DNA of 63,852 nucleotides, the filler included, from Octopus bimaculoides (lineage: Eukaryota), in NCBI RefSeq assembly GCF_001194135.2. It is 6 parts of 5 records of this genome, joined end to end, with 100 filler letters (N's around TTAATTAATTAA, not from the genome) between each part and the next. Parts side by side here need not be neighbours in the genome. Positions count along the whole stretch, not along the records: positions 42,570 to 61,691 come from NC_068997.1; positions 61,792 to 63,852 come from NW_026350900.1; 4 more parts are not named here. The stretch is one strand, 5' to 3'. Every line of letters begins with the position of its first letter. The first letter of the stretch is position 1. Below the pieces are notes generated by a model, which saw only the letters and a program-made list of their open reading frames with translations, ran no database searches and was not told the DNA's origin. Below are positions 49,225 through 62,027 of this stretch, in pieces. Both the position numbers and the translations under genes were made by a program.

Positions 49225-49237
49225 GCTCTTCCGATCT
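49225..49237 (+). other. Illumina adapter remnant (GCTCTTCCGATCT) at a contig start
   Basis: Exact 13-nt match to the 3' end of the Illumina TruSeq adapter, immediately after an N gap. Confidence 0.85.
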
Positions 49238-50034
49238 ATAATTCTAATCGTTATTAATATAGATTATGAAGACTTGGAAATCCACAAAATTTATTTTATA
49301 ATCTTATACAGCATACAATAATGACCTGCAGATGTTTCTGCTGCAGTGACTTCTACTTACTGTTGCAAATGCAGCCTTGCATTATTGTCTCTGCAGCCTT
49401 AACAGGAGAGATATGAAATGGCTGTATGTATGTATGTACGTATGTATGTATGTATGCATGTATGTGTGTATGTGTGCATGTATATATGTGTGTATGTATG
49501 TATATATGTTTGTATTTATGTATGTGTATGTGATTGAGTTTGATCGCGCGTGCGCGCCTCTGTGTGTACATGTATATGAACTGATACAAATCACCTGCTT
49601 TTGGAAAACTTACCCACGATTTCTTTAAAACCCATCTACTTCAACTACAGACCATTGCAGTTCATTTATTTGACATGAAGCCACACATGTGCGCGCACAC
49701 ACACAAACACACATACACACACACACGCTGCAAATAAGCAAACAAACAGTGTAGCGTTTATAATAAATTACCCCCCCCCCTACCGAAAATAAACTTTTAA
49801 ACTTGAAAAAGACAGTGAAAAGTGAACTCGCGGCTGCCTTCTATCTCTTTTATCGTTTCCATTGAACCAGGAAATAATGTAAAATTTATAACAATAAGTT
49901 ACGATAGACATGAAAACGAGAGGAAACAGTAAAAATGAAACGTCAAAAGGACGGATGGGCAACAAAGTGACAAACGTGAAGGAGATAAAACGTTTGTAAT
50001 ATATTGGATTTTAAGAACTGGATATTGAAGAGGT

Positions 50035-50109
<75 letters not shown>

Positions 50110-50151
50110 ACACAGACGTATACACAGACAAAGAGACAGACAAGCAAACAA

Positions 50152-50216
<65 letters not shown>

Positions 50217-50217
50217 C
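50035..50217. repeat. (GATA)n microsatellite, two blocks
   Basis: Directly visible. Confidence 0.95.
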
Positions 50218-50747
50218 AGGCAAGCAGACAAGCAGACAGATCAAGAGAGAGACTTACTGATAGACAAATGAAAAAGCATGCAGACATAAAAACCAGATAG
50301 ATAGTTGTGTAGATAAGTAGATTAGTATTGTTACCATAAGTATTGTTCTAACACGGTTAATACTGACTGTCGTTATTTGTGGTTCATTCACTTGAAGTCT
50401 ATTTTCTCCTATTCTCACCATTTCGCCATGCTCTCCTCTAACTCCTTACCCTTCTTCTAACTTCTTTCTCTTCTTCTAACTCTTCAGTCTTTTCCCTCTT
50501 TCCTTCTCATTCTTTATGCCCTGCCTTGTATACCGTTCCCCCCTGTTCTCTTCCTTTGTTCTTCTTTATTTGCTTCTTTTAATTTTGTTCATGAAAATGA
50601 AATAAAAATTCATCTTATGTCAATTGAAACGAAGCTCTTCAATGTTGACACATTTTGAAGTGTGTTTAGGAGAAAGATTGCCGTGACAGAGGATCATGAC
50701 AGGAATGAGTGCGTAGGAGTTCATATGAATTTAATACATACATACAG

Positions 50748-50843
50748 GAGCAGGAGTGGCTGTGTGGTAAGTAGCTTGCTTACCAACCACATGGTTCCTG
50801 GTTCATTCCAGCTGCGTGGCACCTCGGGCAGGTGTCTTCTACT
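50748..50843 (+). mobile_element. SINE family C, 5' part only
   Basis: ggagtggctgtgtggtaagtagcttgcttaccaaccacatggttcctggttca...gcgtggcacctcgggcaggtgtcttctact. Confidence 0.85.
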
Positions 50844-50985
50844 TCTCTGATATTTTTGGAGGCCGTGAGCGGTTCCCCTGAAGGAAGAGAGTATGGCTGT
50901 TTCAATATAGACTTTCTTCCAAAATGCATCAGCTCAAATTTTCCCTCGTTCAGTTTCATTTTGTTTTTATCTGCCCATTGACACA
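50844..50985 (-). mobile_element. CR1-group LINE RT fragment
   Basis: ORF 50780..50986 reads QWADKNKMKLNEGKFELMHFG...YSLPSGEPL..SKNIR, the post-YADD region of CR1-like RTs (W...N.M.LN..K...MH.G). Confidence 0.75.
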
Positions 50986-50999
50986 TGTATATCTATATA

Positions 51000-51041
<42 letters not shown>

Positions 51042-52383
51042 TATGCATATACAAACATATATGCGTATGCAAACATACATGCTTACGCATACACACATAC
51101 GCGCACACACATACATGCATATATTTCATTACGCATACACATACATGCACATATATATATGTGTGTGTGCGTAGTGGCAAATACGTAGACAATTTGAAAG
51201 CGTGAAAGTTTGAGTGAAAGATAGACAGGAAGCAGAAAGAAAGAAAGAAAGAAAGAAAGAAAAAAGATTGAAAGAAAATCTTACTGAGAGCGAGAGGGAA
51301 AGAGAAAAAGACAAGTCATTGTCGAAGAGAAGAGAATATAAACGTAGAGGTGGGGGGATTTCGAGGAGTTGTAGTATTAGCTAGACTTTAGAGAGAGTAG
51401 CAAGGAATAAAGAAACCACAAAATATCACAGACGACACATTAAACTGTTAAAGGGTTTCTTTTCCGTTGACTTTCGTGAAAAATCGGAAATTCATAATTT
51501 TTCAAAGAAATATCACAGAATAATACAGACGCATAGAAGGCGTGCGTGTGTGCGTGTGTGTGTAATGTGTGTGTGTGTGTGTACAGACACATAAGTACCC
51601 ATATATATATATATATATATATACATACACTCGTACATACATACATACGCGTAAATGCAAACGCTCGTACATGTAGATATGAAACTGCTGTGGCAATTAA
51701 TCTACGCACACATATACACACATACGCACACATGAATTCATTTACAAAATATACACGCATATATACATGATTTGTGATTATATAGATAGATAGACAGATG
51801 TAAATGTATGTATATATGTGTAAATAATATATGTGTGTGTGTGTGTGTATGCGTGTGTGTTTGTATGTATATATATGCATACTCAGAGATACACGCGCGC
51901 TGACGCACACACACACGTAAGTACATAAGTACACACACACACATATCGTTCCTCTTGTTCTACAATAATCAGATTTTATGGCTCTTCAAGTCGTCTGCAT
52001 CAGATTTTCATTACAAGAGTATAATTGTGTAAGAGTGCAAGAGTACTGGCTAACTCATTGAATTGGGCGACGTTGAAGAACCAAGAGACGAACGGAATCA
52101 GAAGATATCAAAGAAAGTATGAAAGTCCTAATATAAATATATATATACAACTAAGTTTTATCTTTATGTATTTGATACATAAGGCGATATGCACATGAGC
52201 ATAAAAGCGCACGATTACTCATACATACACTCATATATCTTATATCTTTTTATCTCTCTGTCTATCTATCTTTCTCTCTGCCTATACAACTAGCTATGAA
52301 TCTGTCAATTGACCTATCTATTTGTCTATGCACCTATTTTTCTGTCTACTACCTATGTATCCAATCTCTCGCTTTCTTTATAT

Positions 52384-52384
<1 letters not shown>

Positions 52385-52479
<95 letters not shown>

Positions 52480-52488
52480 CTATATATA
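52385..52488. repeat. (CA)n-(TA)n microsatellite
   Basis: Directly visible. Confidence 0.95.
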
Positions 52489-52674
52489 CGAATGGTTGTT
52501 GAAAAGCTCCGGGCTTGGGTGAAACGATATACTGGAGGATCAATTAATTACGATTTTATTCAACGTTCCCTTCTCAGATTCACTCACTTATTGCAACGGT
52601 CTTTTTAAGCCCTCTAAAAGAACTCAAGGCCTTTCGCGATACCCTTAAGGTCAGAAACTTTCCAACATCCTTCG
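52489..52674. mobile_element. mariner-type MITE, second copy
   Basis: TA-cgaa..ttgttgaaaagctcc ... gaaactttccaacatccttcg-TA. The interior (gatcaattaattacgattttattca...ctcagattcac...cctttcgcgatacccttaa) matches 43073-43289. Confidence 0.75.
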
Positions 52675-53237
52675 TAAGATCAGCGAGAAGCCTAAAAGAC
52701 GTTTTCTTAGCAGTGCATGATTACAGTGAAGACAAATTTATGCAGAGCTGAGAAAAAATTCATTATGAAACTCGAAAAGTATCTGTTTTACTTCAAAACT
52801 GAAAATGCTCAGGAAATGAATACTTGAAAGAAAATACATCGTGATGTCGGGCAGAGCCACATTTTAGATCAAACGCTCTAAGTGTTGTACCTTGGTACCC
52901 GTATAGAGTAGGAACAAACGTGAAGACTCTTTCCTTTCAAATTTGTATCGTTATCGTTCTGGCTTTAATTCCAGTCTCCAAATCCTTTCTTTCTTCCATT
53001 CTGTCTCCCCTGATATTTTTTCTTCCTCTATTTCTATTTTCCATTCACATAACTACCAGCAACTTCATTTCAACAAAGGGAGATAAATCTCAAAATGAAA
53101 ATTTCGGTTTACCATTTCCCGTTTCACTGCCATGCCCAATTCACCAATCACTTTAATAGCTTCTGCTTTATCCTATGCAAGCGAACACAATGTTCCACCA
53201 CCCCACACACACAGACGCATGCACGCACAGATATACA

Positions 53238-53283
<46 letters not shown>

Positions 53284-53809
53284 NNNNNNNNNNNNNNNNN
53301 NNNNNNNNNNNNNNNNNNNNNNNNNNNNNNNNNNNNNNNNNNNNNNNNNNNNNNNNNNNNNNNNNNNNNNNNNNNNNNNNNNNNNNNNNNNNNNNNNNNN
53401 NNNNNNNNNNNNNNNNNNNNNNNNNNNNNNNNNNNNNNNNNNNNNNNNNNNNNNNNNNNNNNNNNNNNNNNNNNNNNNNNNNNNNNNNNNNNNNNNNNNN
53501 NNNNNNNNNNNNNNNNNNNNNNNNNNNNNNNNNNNNNNNNNNNNNNNNNNNNNNNNNNNNNNNNNNNNNNNNNNNNNNNNNNNNNNNNNNNNNNNNNNNN
53601 NNNNNNNNNNNNNNNNNNNNNNNNNNNNNNNNNNNNNNNNNNNNNNNNNNNNNNNNNNNNNNNNNNNNNNNNNNNNNNNNNNNNNNNNNNNNNNNNNNNN
53701 NNNNNNNNNNNNNNNNNNNNNNNNNNNNNNNNNNNNNNNNNNNNNNNNNNNNNNNNNNNNNNNNNNNNNNNNATATATATATATGTATGTATATGTGCGC
53801 GCGTGCGCG

Positions 53810-54012
53810 TTTGTGTGTCTGTGTTTTTCCCATGCCATTGCTTAACAAAAGATGCTGGTGTGTTTATGTCCCCGTAACTTAGAGGTTAGGCATAAGTGAC
53901 CGATAGAATAATTACTAGGCATACAAAGATTTGTTCGATTAAAACCCTTCAATGCAGCGCTCCAGCATGGCCGCAGTCAAATGACTGAAACAAATAAAAG
54001 AATAAAAGAATA
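53810..54012 (+). mobile_element. SINE family C, 3' half
   Basis: gatgctggtgtgtttatgtccccgtaacttag...ccgatagaata...gcgctccagcatggccgcagtcaaatgactgaaac. Confidence 0.78.
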
Positions 54013-54430
54013 AGGAACAAAATAATATATATCAAATATAACATGTATATATATATCGCCGTTTGTCTGCGAATGCGTCTATAAATCTTCCGTCTCTCTG
54101 TTCCTCTCTTATACTTTGTGCATTCTTTCAAGTCTCCGACAGCATATTATTATGCAATAAACTACGGTATTATATTGGCAGGTGATAGAAAACATAAACG
54201 CAAAACGAAAATAGAAGAACAATAAACACGAAACTATAACAAAATCAACTCCAACATGAAACAGAAGGAAACTTCAGTTTATAAACATATCAAATTTCAA
54301 ATAAGCTTGTTACAGCAGACACCGAGAATGAATGAAATTGTTACTGCTGCCGATGCTGTTGTTGCTGTTGCTTTTGTTGTTTTCGGGTGGCGTAGTTGGG
54401 AAAGGATGAACAAGGATGTCGTAAAATATC

Positions 54431-54452
54431 AATAATAATAATGATGATAATG

Positions 54453-54516
<64 letters not shown>

Positions 54517-54545
54517 TGATGATGATGATGATAATAATAATATAT
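54431..54545. repeat. (AAT)n microsatellite
   Basis: Directly visible. Confidence 0.95.
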
Positions 54546-54576
54546 TAATATATAATAATATATATAGTATATATAA

Positions 54577-55113
54577 ATGCCAGGATGCAGTACTAAGAAG
54601 TGGCTCTCATGGCTTCTGATCTTAATTGATTGGAAGTGTTATCATGTACATAGTTTGGTCTTGGTATAAAAGATGGGCTACAGCAAATATTCTGCTTAAT
54701 ACCACAGATTTGCTTGTCAGTTGTTTTACCTTAACCAGTTGAGCATGTCCCTTGATGTATCTCTGAGCAGAAGTAGTGGGGAGCATCATAGCCATGTGTT
54801 GAGAGGAATTCTTTGAGGTTTTAATAATTCACCTTTGGAAACATGGGTGTTTTGTTCAACATCCTTACACGAAGCTTATTCAGGGAGCTTTTGAGCGGGA
54901 TGGGCTACTCGACCTGAAGAAAATTCTAACTGGGCCCCACCTGCAAGGTCATGCGCTGTTTATCTTGATATGAGATCACTATGTCGCGTACATATGGTTG
55001 TGATGTATGTGCCTGGTGTACCCTTATCAGACAAGTAGTCATGATGGGTATACTGGGCTTTGTGTATTTGTACCCCAGTATCATTTTTGATGGCATGCAC
55101 TGCTCTCTCACCC
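54577..55113 (+). mobile_element. Non-coding ~540-bp dispersed element flanked by (AAT)n
   Basis: Homologous to 11436-11726. I see no TIRs, Pol III boxes or ORF. It ends in ctctctcaccc followed by (AAT)n. Confidence 0.75.
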
Positions 55114-55130
55114 AATAATAATAATAATAA

Positions 55131-55345
55131 TGTTTTCTCCTCTAAGTACCAGACTTCAAATTGTGGTGGTAGATATTAGTCAGCTACATCGGTTCCATTA
55201 CTCAGCTGGTACTTATTCCATCGATCGCGAAAGGACGAAATGCGAAGTCGACGTTGGCGGCATTTGAACTCAGAACGTAAAGCTAGGAGAAATGTCACTG
55301 AGCGCTTTGTCCGGCGTAGTAACGTTTTTGCCAGCTCGCCGCCTT
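55131..55345 (-). mobile_element. SINE family B, degenerate
   Basis: ctggtacttatt...cgaaaggacgaaa..cgaagtcgac...atttgaactcagaacgta...gccagctcgccgcct. Confidence 0.75.
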
Positions 55346-55352
55346 AACAATC

Positions 55353-55417
<65 letters not shown>

Positions 55418-55418
55418 T

Positions 55419-55525
55419 AGACCAGATATAGTTGTCAAAGATCATGAAGAAAAAAAATGCTTTCTAATTGATGTATCAATACCAGCAGATGACAACGTTT
55501 CTCTAAAAGAAATGGAAAAACTTTC
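55419..55525 (+). mobile_element. Dong/R4-clade non-LTR retrotransposon, restriction-like endonuclease fragment, directly after (AAT)n
   Basis: Translates to RPDIVVKDHEEKKCFLIDVSIPADDNVSLKEMEKL, the PD..D..K RLE motif. It runs into a gap. Confidence 0.8.
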
Positions 55526-56305
55526 NNNNNNNNNNNNNNNNNNNNNNNNNNNNNNNNNNNNNNNNNNNNNNNNNNNNNNNNNNNNNNNNNNNNNNNNNNN
55601 NNNNNNNNNNNNNNNNNNNNNNNNNNNNNNNNNNNNNNNNNNNNNNNNNNNNNNNNNNNNNNNNNNNNNNNNNNNNNNNNNNNNNNNNNNNNNNNNNNNN
55701 NNNNNNNNNNNNNNNNNNNNNNNNNNNNNNNNNNNNNNNNNNNNNNNNNNNNNNNNNNNNNNNNNNNNNNNNNNNNNNNNNNNNNNNNNNNNNNNNNNNN
55801 NNNNNNNNNNNNNNNNNNNNNNNNNNNNNNNNNNNNNNNNNNNNNNNNNNNNNNNNNNNNNNNNNNNNNNNNNNNNNNNNNNNNNNNNNNNNNNNNNNNN
55901 NNNNNNNNNNNNNNNNNNNNNNNNNNNNNNNNNNNNNNNNNNNNNNNNNNNNNNNNNNNNNNNNNNNNNNNNNNNNNNNNNNNNNNNNNNNNNNNNNNNN
56001 NNNNNNNNNNNNNNNNNNNNNNNNNNNNNNNNNNNNNNNNNNNNNNNNNNNNNNNNNNNNNNNNNNNNNNNNNNNNNNNNNNNNNNNNNNNNNNNNNNNN
56101 NNNNNNNNNNNNNNNNNNNNNNNNNNNNNNNNNNNNNNNNNNNNNNNNNNNNNNNNNNNNNNNNNNNNNNNNNNNNNNNNNNNNNNNNNNNNNNNNNNNN
56201 NNNNNNNNNNNNNNNNNNNNNNNNNNNNNNNNNNNNNNNNNNNNNNNNNNNNNNNNNNNNNNNNNNNNNNNNNNNNNNNNNNNNNNNNNNNNNNNNNNNN
56301 NNNNN

Positions 56306-56392
56306 AAGAAGAAGAAGAAGAAGAAGAAGAAGAAGAAGAAGAAGAAGAAGAAGAAGAAGAAGAAGAAGAAGAAGAAGAAGAAGAAAAAAAGA

Positions 56393-56430
<38 letters not shown>
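56306..56430. repeat. (AAG)n followed by (TCTA)n microsatellites
   Basis: Directly visible. Confidence 0.95.
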
Positions 56431-56435
<5 letters not shown>

Positions 56436-56678
56436 AACTTGGCAACTAACACATTTAATTGTTCTTAAAGCTAAGCAAAAGCTCGAAGAAGCCACGTGCT
56501 GAATGTGACACATACAAAAGACTGGCATTAAAAGACGAACGTGACAAATAAACAAATATAGATATGGAGGAGGGGTGAAAAGAATAGGAAAAACAAGACG
56601 CACACGCACCTGTACATATATATCTATAAACGCACATACACACATATATGCGCACATATTTATCATATGTGTATGTGG

Positions 56679-56755
<77 letters not shown>

Positions 56756-57538
56756 CATATATATATATATACGTGCATGTATATGTGTATACCTGCGATA
56801 CATGTGAGTGTTTAGGGTCATTATGAGAGGTACTGACAGCCTAGTGTCAATTATTTCGAAGAATATTCCAAAGACTGGCAATCACCAGTTGTGGTCCACA
56901 GATGAAACCTATTTCGGTGGCATGTCGACAACTAAGCCGTAATTTAGATTTTTTTTCTTCTTTATTTTAAGTTTCTCGAAAATTCTTATGAAGAAATTTG
57001 TTGAAAGTGAACCGAAAAAAAGAATTGTGTAAAGAAATGGTAAAAGGAAAAAGACTGGGATATTAAACTCGAAAGAGACAGAATACTAAACACTTTATAC
57101 ATGCATGCATACATACATACATATAAGCACTTATATCTACATGTACAGAAATATATATGTATGTGCATCTGTGTGTGTATATCTGTTGTGTTTGTGTGTG
57201 CGCGCGCGCACGTGTCTGTGCGTGTACATATATACTGTCGTCTGAGACTCTCTCTTACCAAGGAGATCTGACAGTTTCATTCTCCTGCCTTCGTATTAGA
57301 TAAAAATTCATCTTTGAAACCATGCAAAAAGAGACCTAAGCAAATAAATAAATTAATAAATAAGCAAAAAGTAAAGAATCTTGTCAATGTATAAAAATCA
57401 CGCTAGAAAACCAAAGAATGGTATTAGTGTTATATCTATCTATCTAGCTATCTATCTATCCTGTCTATCTTTATGTATGTATATATGTATATATGTATAA
57501 ATATATATACATATATATATATGCATATTGATATACAC

Positions 57539-57596
<58 letters not shown>

Positions 57597-58495
57597 NNNN
57601 NNNNNNNNNNNNNNNNNNNNNNNNNNNNNNNNNNNNNNNNNNNNNNNNNNNNNNNNNNNNNNNNNNNNNNNNNNNNNNNNNNNNNNNNNNNNNNNNNNNN
57701 NNNNNNNNNNNNNNNNNNNNNNNNNNNNNNNNNNNNNNNNNNNNNNNNNNNNNNNNNNNNNNNNNNNNNNNNNNNNNNNNNNNNNNNNNNNNNNNNNNNN
57801 NNNNNNNNNNNNNNNNNNNNNNNNNNNNNNNNNNNNNNNNNNNNNNNNNNNNNNNNNNNNNNNNNNNNNNNNNNNNNNNNNNNNNNNNNNNNNNNNNNNN
57901 NNNNNNNNNNNNNNNNNNNNNNNNNNNNNNNNNNNNNNNNNNNNNNNNNNNNNNNNNNNNNNNNNNNNNNNNNNNNNNNNNNNNNNNNNNNNNNNNNNNN
58001 NNNNNNNNNNNNNNNNNNNNNNNNNNNNNNNNNNNNNNNNNNNNNNNNNNNNNNNNNNNNNNNNNNNNNNNNNNNNNNNNNNNNNNNNNNNNNNNNNNNN
58101 NNNNNNNNNNNNNNNNNNNNNNNNNNNNNNNNNNNNNNNNNNNNNNNNNNNNNNNNNNNNNNNNNNNNNNNNNNNNNNNNNNNNNNNNNNNNNNNNNNNN
58201 NNNNNNNNNNNNNNNNNNNNNNNNNNNNNNNNNNNNNNNNNNNNNNNNNNNNNNNNNNNNNNNNNNNNNNNNNNNNNNNNNNNNNNNNNNNNNNNNNNNN
58301 NNNNNNNNNNNNNNNNNNNNNNNNNNNNNNNNNNNNNNNNNNNNNNNNNNNNNNNNNNNNNNNNNNNNNNNNNNNNNNNNNNNNNNNNNNNNNNNNNNNN
58401 NNNNNNNNNNNNNNNNNNNNNNNNNNNNNNNNNNNNNNNNNNNNNNNNNNNNNNNNNNNNNNNNNNNNNNNNNNNNNNNNNNNNNNNNNNNNNNN

Positions 58496-58542
<47 letters not shown>

Positions 58543-58589
58543 GGATTACATATTTATATATATATATATAGATGCATATATCCCAAATC

Positions 58590-59090
58590 CTGCAACACCT
58601 AAAAGAATATGGCCCAAAATGTTGCATTCTATTTACAGAAATCATACAGAATGAGATTCGTGAAAATCCACAATTCTGTCACTAGTTTGTTTGGTCGGAC
58701 GAGGCTTGTTTCAAGTTGTCAGGTCATATTGACTGGTAGAAGTGGGCTTGCTAGTATGACAAAAACCGTCACTTCACAGATGAATCAGACGAGTGTTAAT
58801 GTGTGGGCTGGTCTGTCATGTTCAGGAATCCTTGGGCCTTTGGTTTTTGGAAACAGTTAATAGTGACATCTACCACAGTCGATACGTTAGTTACTGTGGA
58901 ATTAATCCTGATAGAACAGCTATTATGTGTGCACGGTGTTAAACGCAAAATAGATATCGGAGGGGGTTGAAACATCATCTTAGCGATGGTCATTGAGAGC
59001 ATCGGATACATTTCGACCACGTCGGACCTTTTCAATGACGTTTTCTCGCTGCAGCTATGTATTCGAAAGAGAATTTGTCACTTCCGATAA
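58590..59090 (+). mobile_element. Tc1/mariner-superfamily (rosa/maT-like) transposase remnant
   Basis: Manual translation gives EIRENPQFCH*FVWSDEACFKLSGHID, then NVWAGLSCSGILGPLVF, and later LQLCIRKRICHF. Internal deletions are present. Confidence 0.65.
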
Positions 59091-60067
59091 AGGAAACAAT
59101 CGATAAAACAATCACTGATGATTCGAATAGCTGCCCAGTTAAATAAAAATCCAGTATAAGCAATTGAGACGCATTGTGCGTGTGTATACTTATATGAGGT
59201 ATTTACAACTTATATTGTTCACATTAAAATTGTGTTTGCATTAAAATTTGTGAGGAAATTTCTGTAGTTTTGTCTTTTGTGGCTTCGTGCTGATAAAGTT
59301 TTCCATTCAGTATTTGCAATACATTCTCACGTTAGTTTGTTATTTTCTATTGTTTTCGTGAATCAAACAGTTACATTGGACGTATATATACGTTTTGTTT
59401 TCGTCGTTTAGCAATGCAATTACAACAAGGAATCATCGCAACACTCAATAATGTACACTAAATAAAAAAGATAAATATGATACAATATTGAACAGTAGTG
59501 CAGGCAGTTTTATATTGAAATCCACACATGAAAATGAGAAGAATAAGTAATGGAAATTAATACAAATGTAAACCAAATACCAATAAACAGATACATTACA
59601 CGTACAATAAATCAGGAAAACCAGAAGTGATAGGAAAGTACTATTTGGATTTTCTTAATAAAGGTAATATTCTCTGTGTATATATATATATACAGACATA
59701 TATATATATATATATACTCACACACACACAAAACTGAATATAATATTACATATANNNNNNNNNNNNNNNNNNNNNNNNNNNNNNNNNNNNNNNNNNNNNN
59801 NNNNNNNNNNNNNNNNNNNNNNNNNNNNNNNNNNNNNNNNNNNNNNNNNNNNNNNNNNNNNNNNNNNNNNNNNNNNNNNNNNNNNNNNNNNNNNNNNNNN
59901 NNNNNNNNNNNNNNNNNNNNNNNNNNNNNNNNNNNNNNNNNNNNNNNNNNNNNNNNNNNNNNNNNNNNNNNNNNNNNNNNNNNNNNNNNNNNNNNNNNNN
60001 NNNNNNNNNNNNNNNNNNNNNNNNNNNNNNNNNNNNNNNNNNNNNNNNNNNNNNNNNNNNNNNNNNN

Positions 60068-60100
<33 letters not shown>

Positions 60101-61183
60101 CACACACACATATACAAATCTATACACGAACACTTACAAACACAGAGAGAGACACGAAGAGACATCGGTCGCTTCCTTTTTCCAACAGAAGTGTTTGTGT
60201 GCAGGGGAGACGGTGGGTAGGTAACAGCTGCAAGAACATTATGTTCTTGCGACCTACAGACGCCGTCTGGGAGAATTAAGGCCCCTCATTCTTAAAAAAC
60301 ATGTTCGGAAGTTTTGCTTGAAGAAATTCGGTGTCGTGATGGTGCTGCTGGTACTGGTGTTGCTGGTGATGCTAATGGTGGTGACGGTGGTGAAGCTGGC
60401 GATAATGTTGGTAGTGGTGATGGTGGTATTGTTTTCTAAATTTCTTGTACTTTTTCTTTTCTTTTCAAACCATGTTTTGTTTACGTGAAATACCATATCG
60501 TTATGATATTTTGTTATTGTTATTTTCATAATTATCAATATTATTATTTTCTTTTGTTGTTGTCAAAGCATTAGCAGCGATGTGTCAAAATCCTCAGTGA
60601 AAAAAAAAGACTAAGTACCTTCCGAGATATCGTTGTATCTCTTTAAGTGCTGAGTTCGAATGCCGGTGTGGTCAACTTCGTGTTTAACCATGCAAGATCT
60701 CGATAAAATAAAGTAACTCTCGAGTCCTAGGGTTGTTAATGTTGTCTACTCCCCCATAAGATTTGTGTCTACACTAGAAATTATCTTAAATGTTAGCAGA
60801 TTATTCAGGAATTTTTACCACTATTATAGTTATTCCTGCATGGATTAGGCAGCAATGGTATGTCGCGTAGAAAGACAGTACCTTGCAGATATTTTAGCGA
60901 TCATGATAACAATGTCGGTAATATCGTATGCGCTGACCTGACGAAAAGCGTTATCTTCAGTTACGGATCGAAGATATTGAAGGCAATTTAATTTTTTTAT
61001 TGACCACGTATCTCGTAGCTTGGTATTGTTCTTGGGTAGCGAGGGCCAGACCACAAGCTAAACGTGATTTATTTGCTTCATATGTTGGAGACGATGCTTT
61101 TTTTTCTGTCTTTAATGTTTATTATTGTTTGTTATTTCCTAACAAAGAATAGTAAACATTAGCTTGCCGAGTTTATATATATA

Positions 61184-61691
61184 CAGTGGGGGAAATAAAT
61201 ATTCGTACATGTCAAAATTCTTTATTTATTTAATTTTTAATGAACATAAATGGGATATATCAATACTATATTTGCATACATATGCATAAACTAAGAATAT
61301 GCAAAAGAAACTGATAAATTATAGTAACTAATGAATTTATATATAATTATAAATATTTAGGGGTGTAAAAAGTATTCGTACAGAATAAATTTATGAGTTC
61401 TATGCCACAAATGCTGTAAAATTTTTTTTTTTTTACGCGAACTTTCTCGTTTGTTCCAATAATCTTATCAGTGGTCATTTTTAAGTGTCAAATCGCTAGC
61501 TTCTTCATTCAACACTGATACAACATAAAGTAGTGTTGTAATAATGGCGAAAAGTAAAGAACTCACAAATTCAGTGAAAAACTTAATTATTGAACAGTGG
61601 AAAGCAGGTAAGAGTTACAGGAAAATATCAGAGACCCTTTGTATTCAACTTTCTACCATATCTTCATTTATTCAAAGATATAAAAAATCGG
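61184..61691 (+). mobile_element. IR/DR-type Tc1 element: left TIR and transposase N-terminus, cut by a linker
   Basis: TA then CAGTGGGGGAAATAAATATTCGTACA. The direct repeat tattcgtaca occurs at 61200-61209 and 61373-61382. ORF 61544 MAKSKELTNSVKNLIIEQWKAGKSYRKISETLCIQLSTISSFIQRYKK resembles the paired-like HTH of Sleeping Beauty-type transposases and is open up to the gap. Confidence 0.85.
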
Positions 61692-61791
61692 NNNNNNNNN
61701 NNNNNNNNNNNNNNNNNNNNNNNNNNNNNNNNNNNTTAATTAATTAANNNNNNNNNNNNNNNNNNNNNNNNNNNNNNNNNNNNNNNNNNNN
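61692..61791. other. Artificial scaffold linker N44-TTAATTAATTAA-N44
   Basis: Same 100-bp unit as at 1790. Confidence 0.95.
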
Positions 61792-61825
61792 TATATATAT
61801 ATATATATATATATATATAGATATG

Positions 61826-61866
<41 letters not shown>

Positions 61867-62027
61867 AATGTATATGTATATTTATATGTGTGTGTGCATG
61901 TGTGTGTATATGTGTGTGTGATGACTGTGTTTTTGCAAAAGAGAGATTTCTTTGTCGTGTGTGTAATGTATGATGTATATGCGAAATATGTGCATTGATT
62001 TATGCGATGTACGCGCGAGCTGTATGT

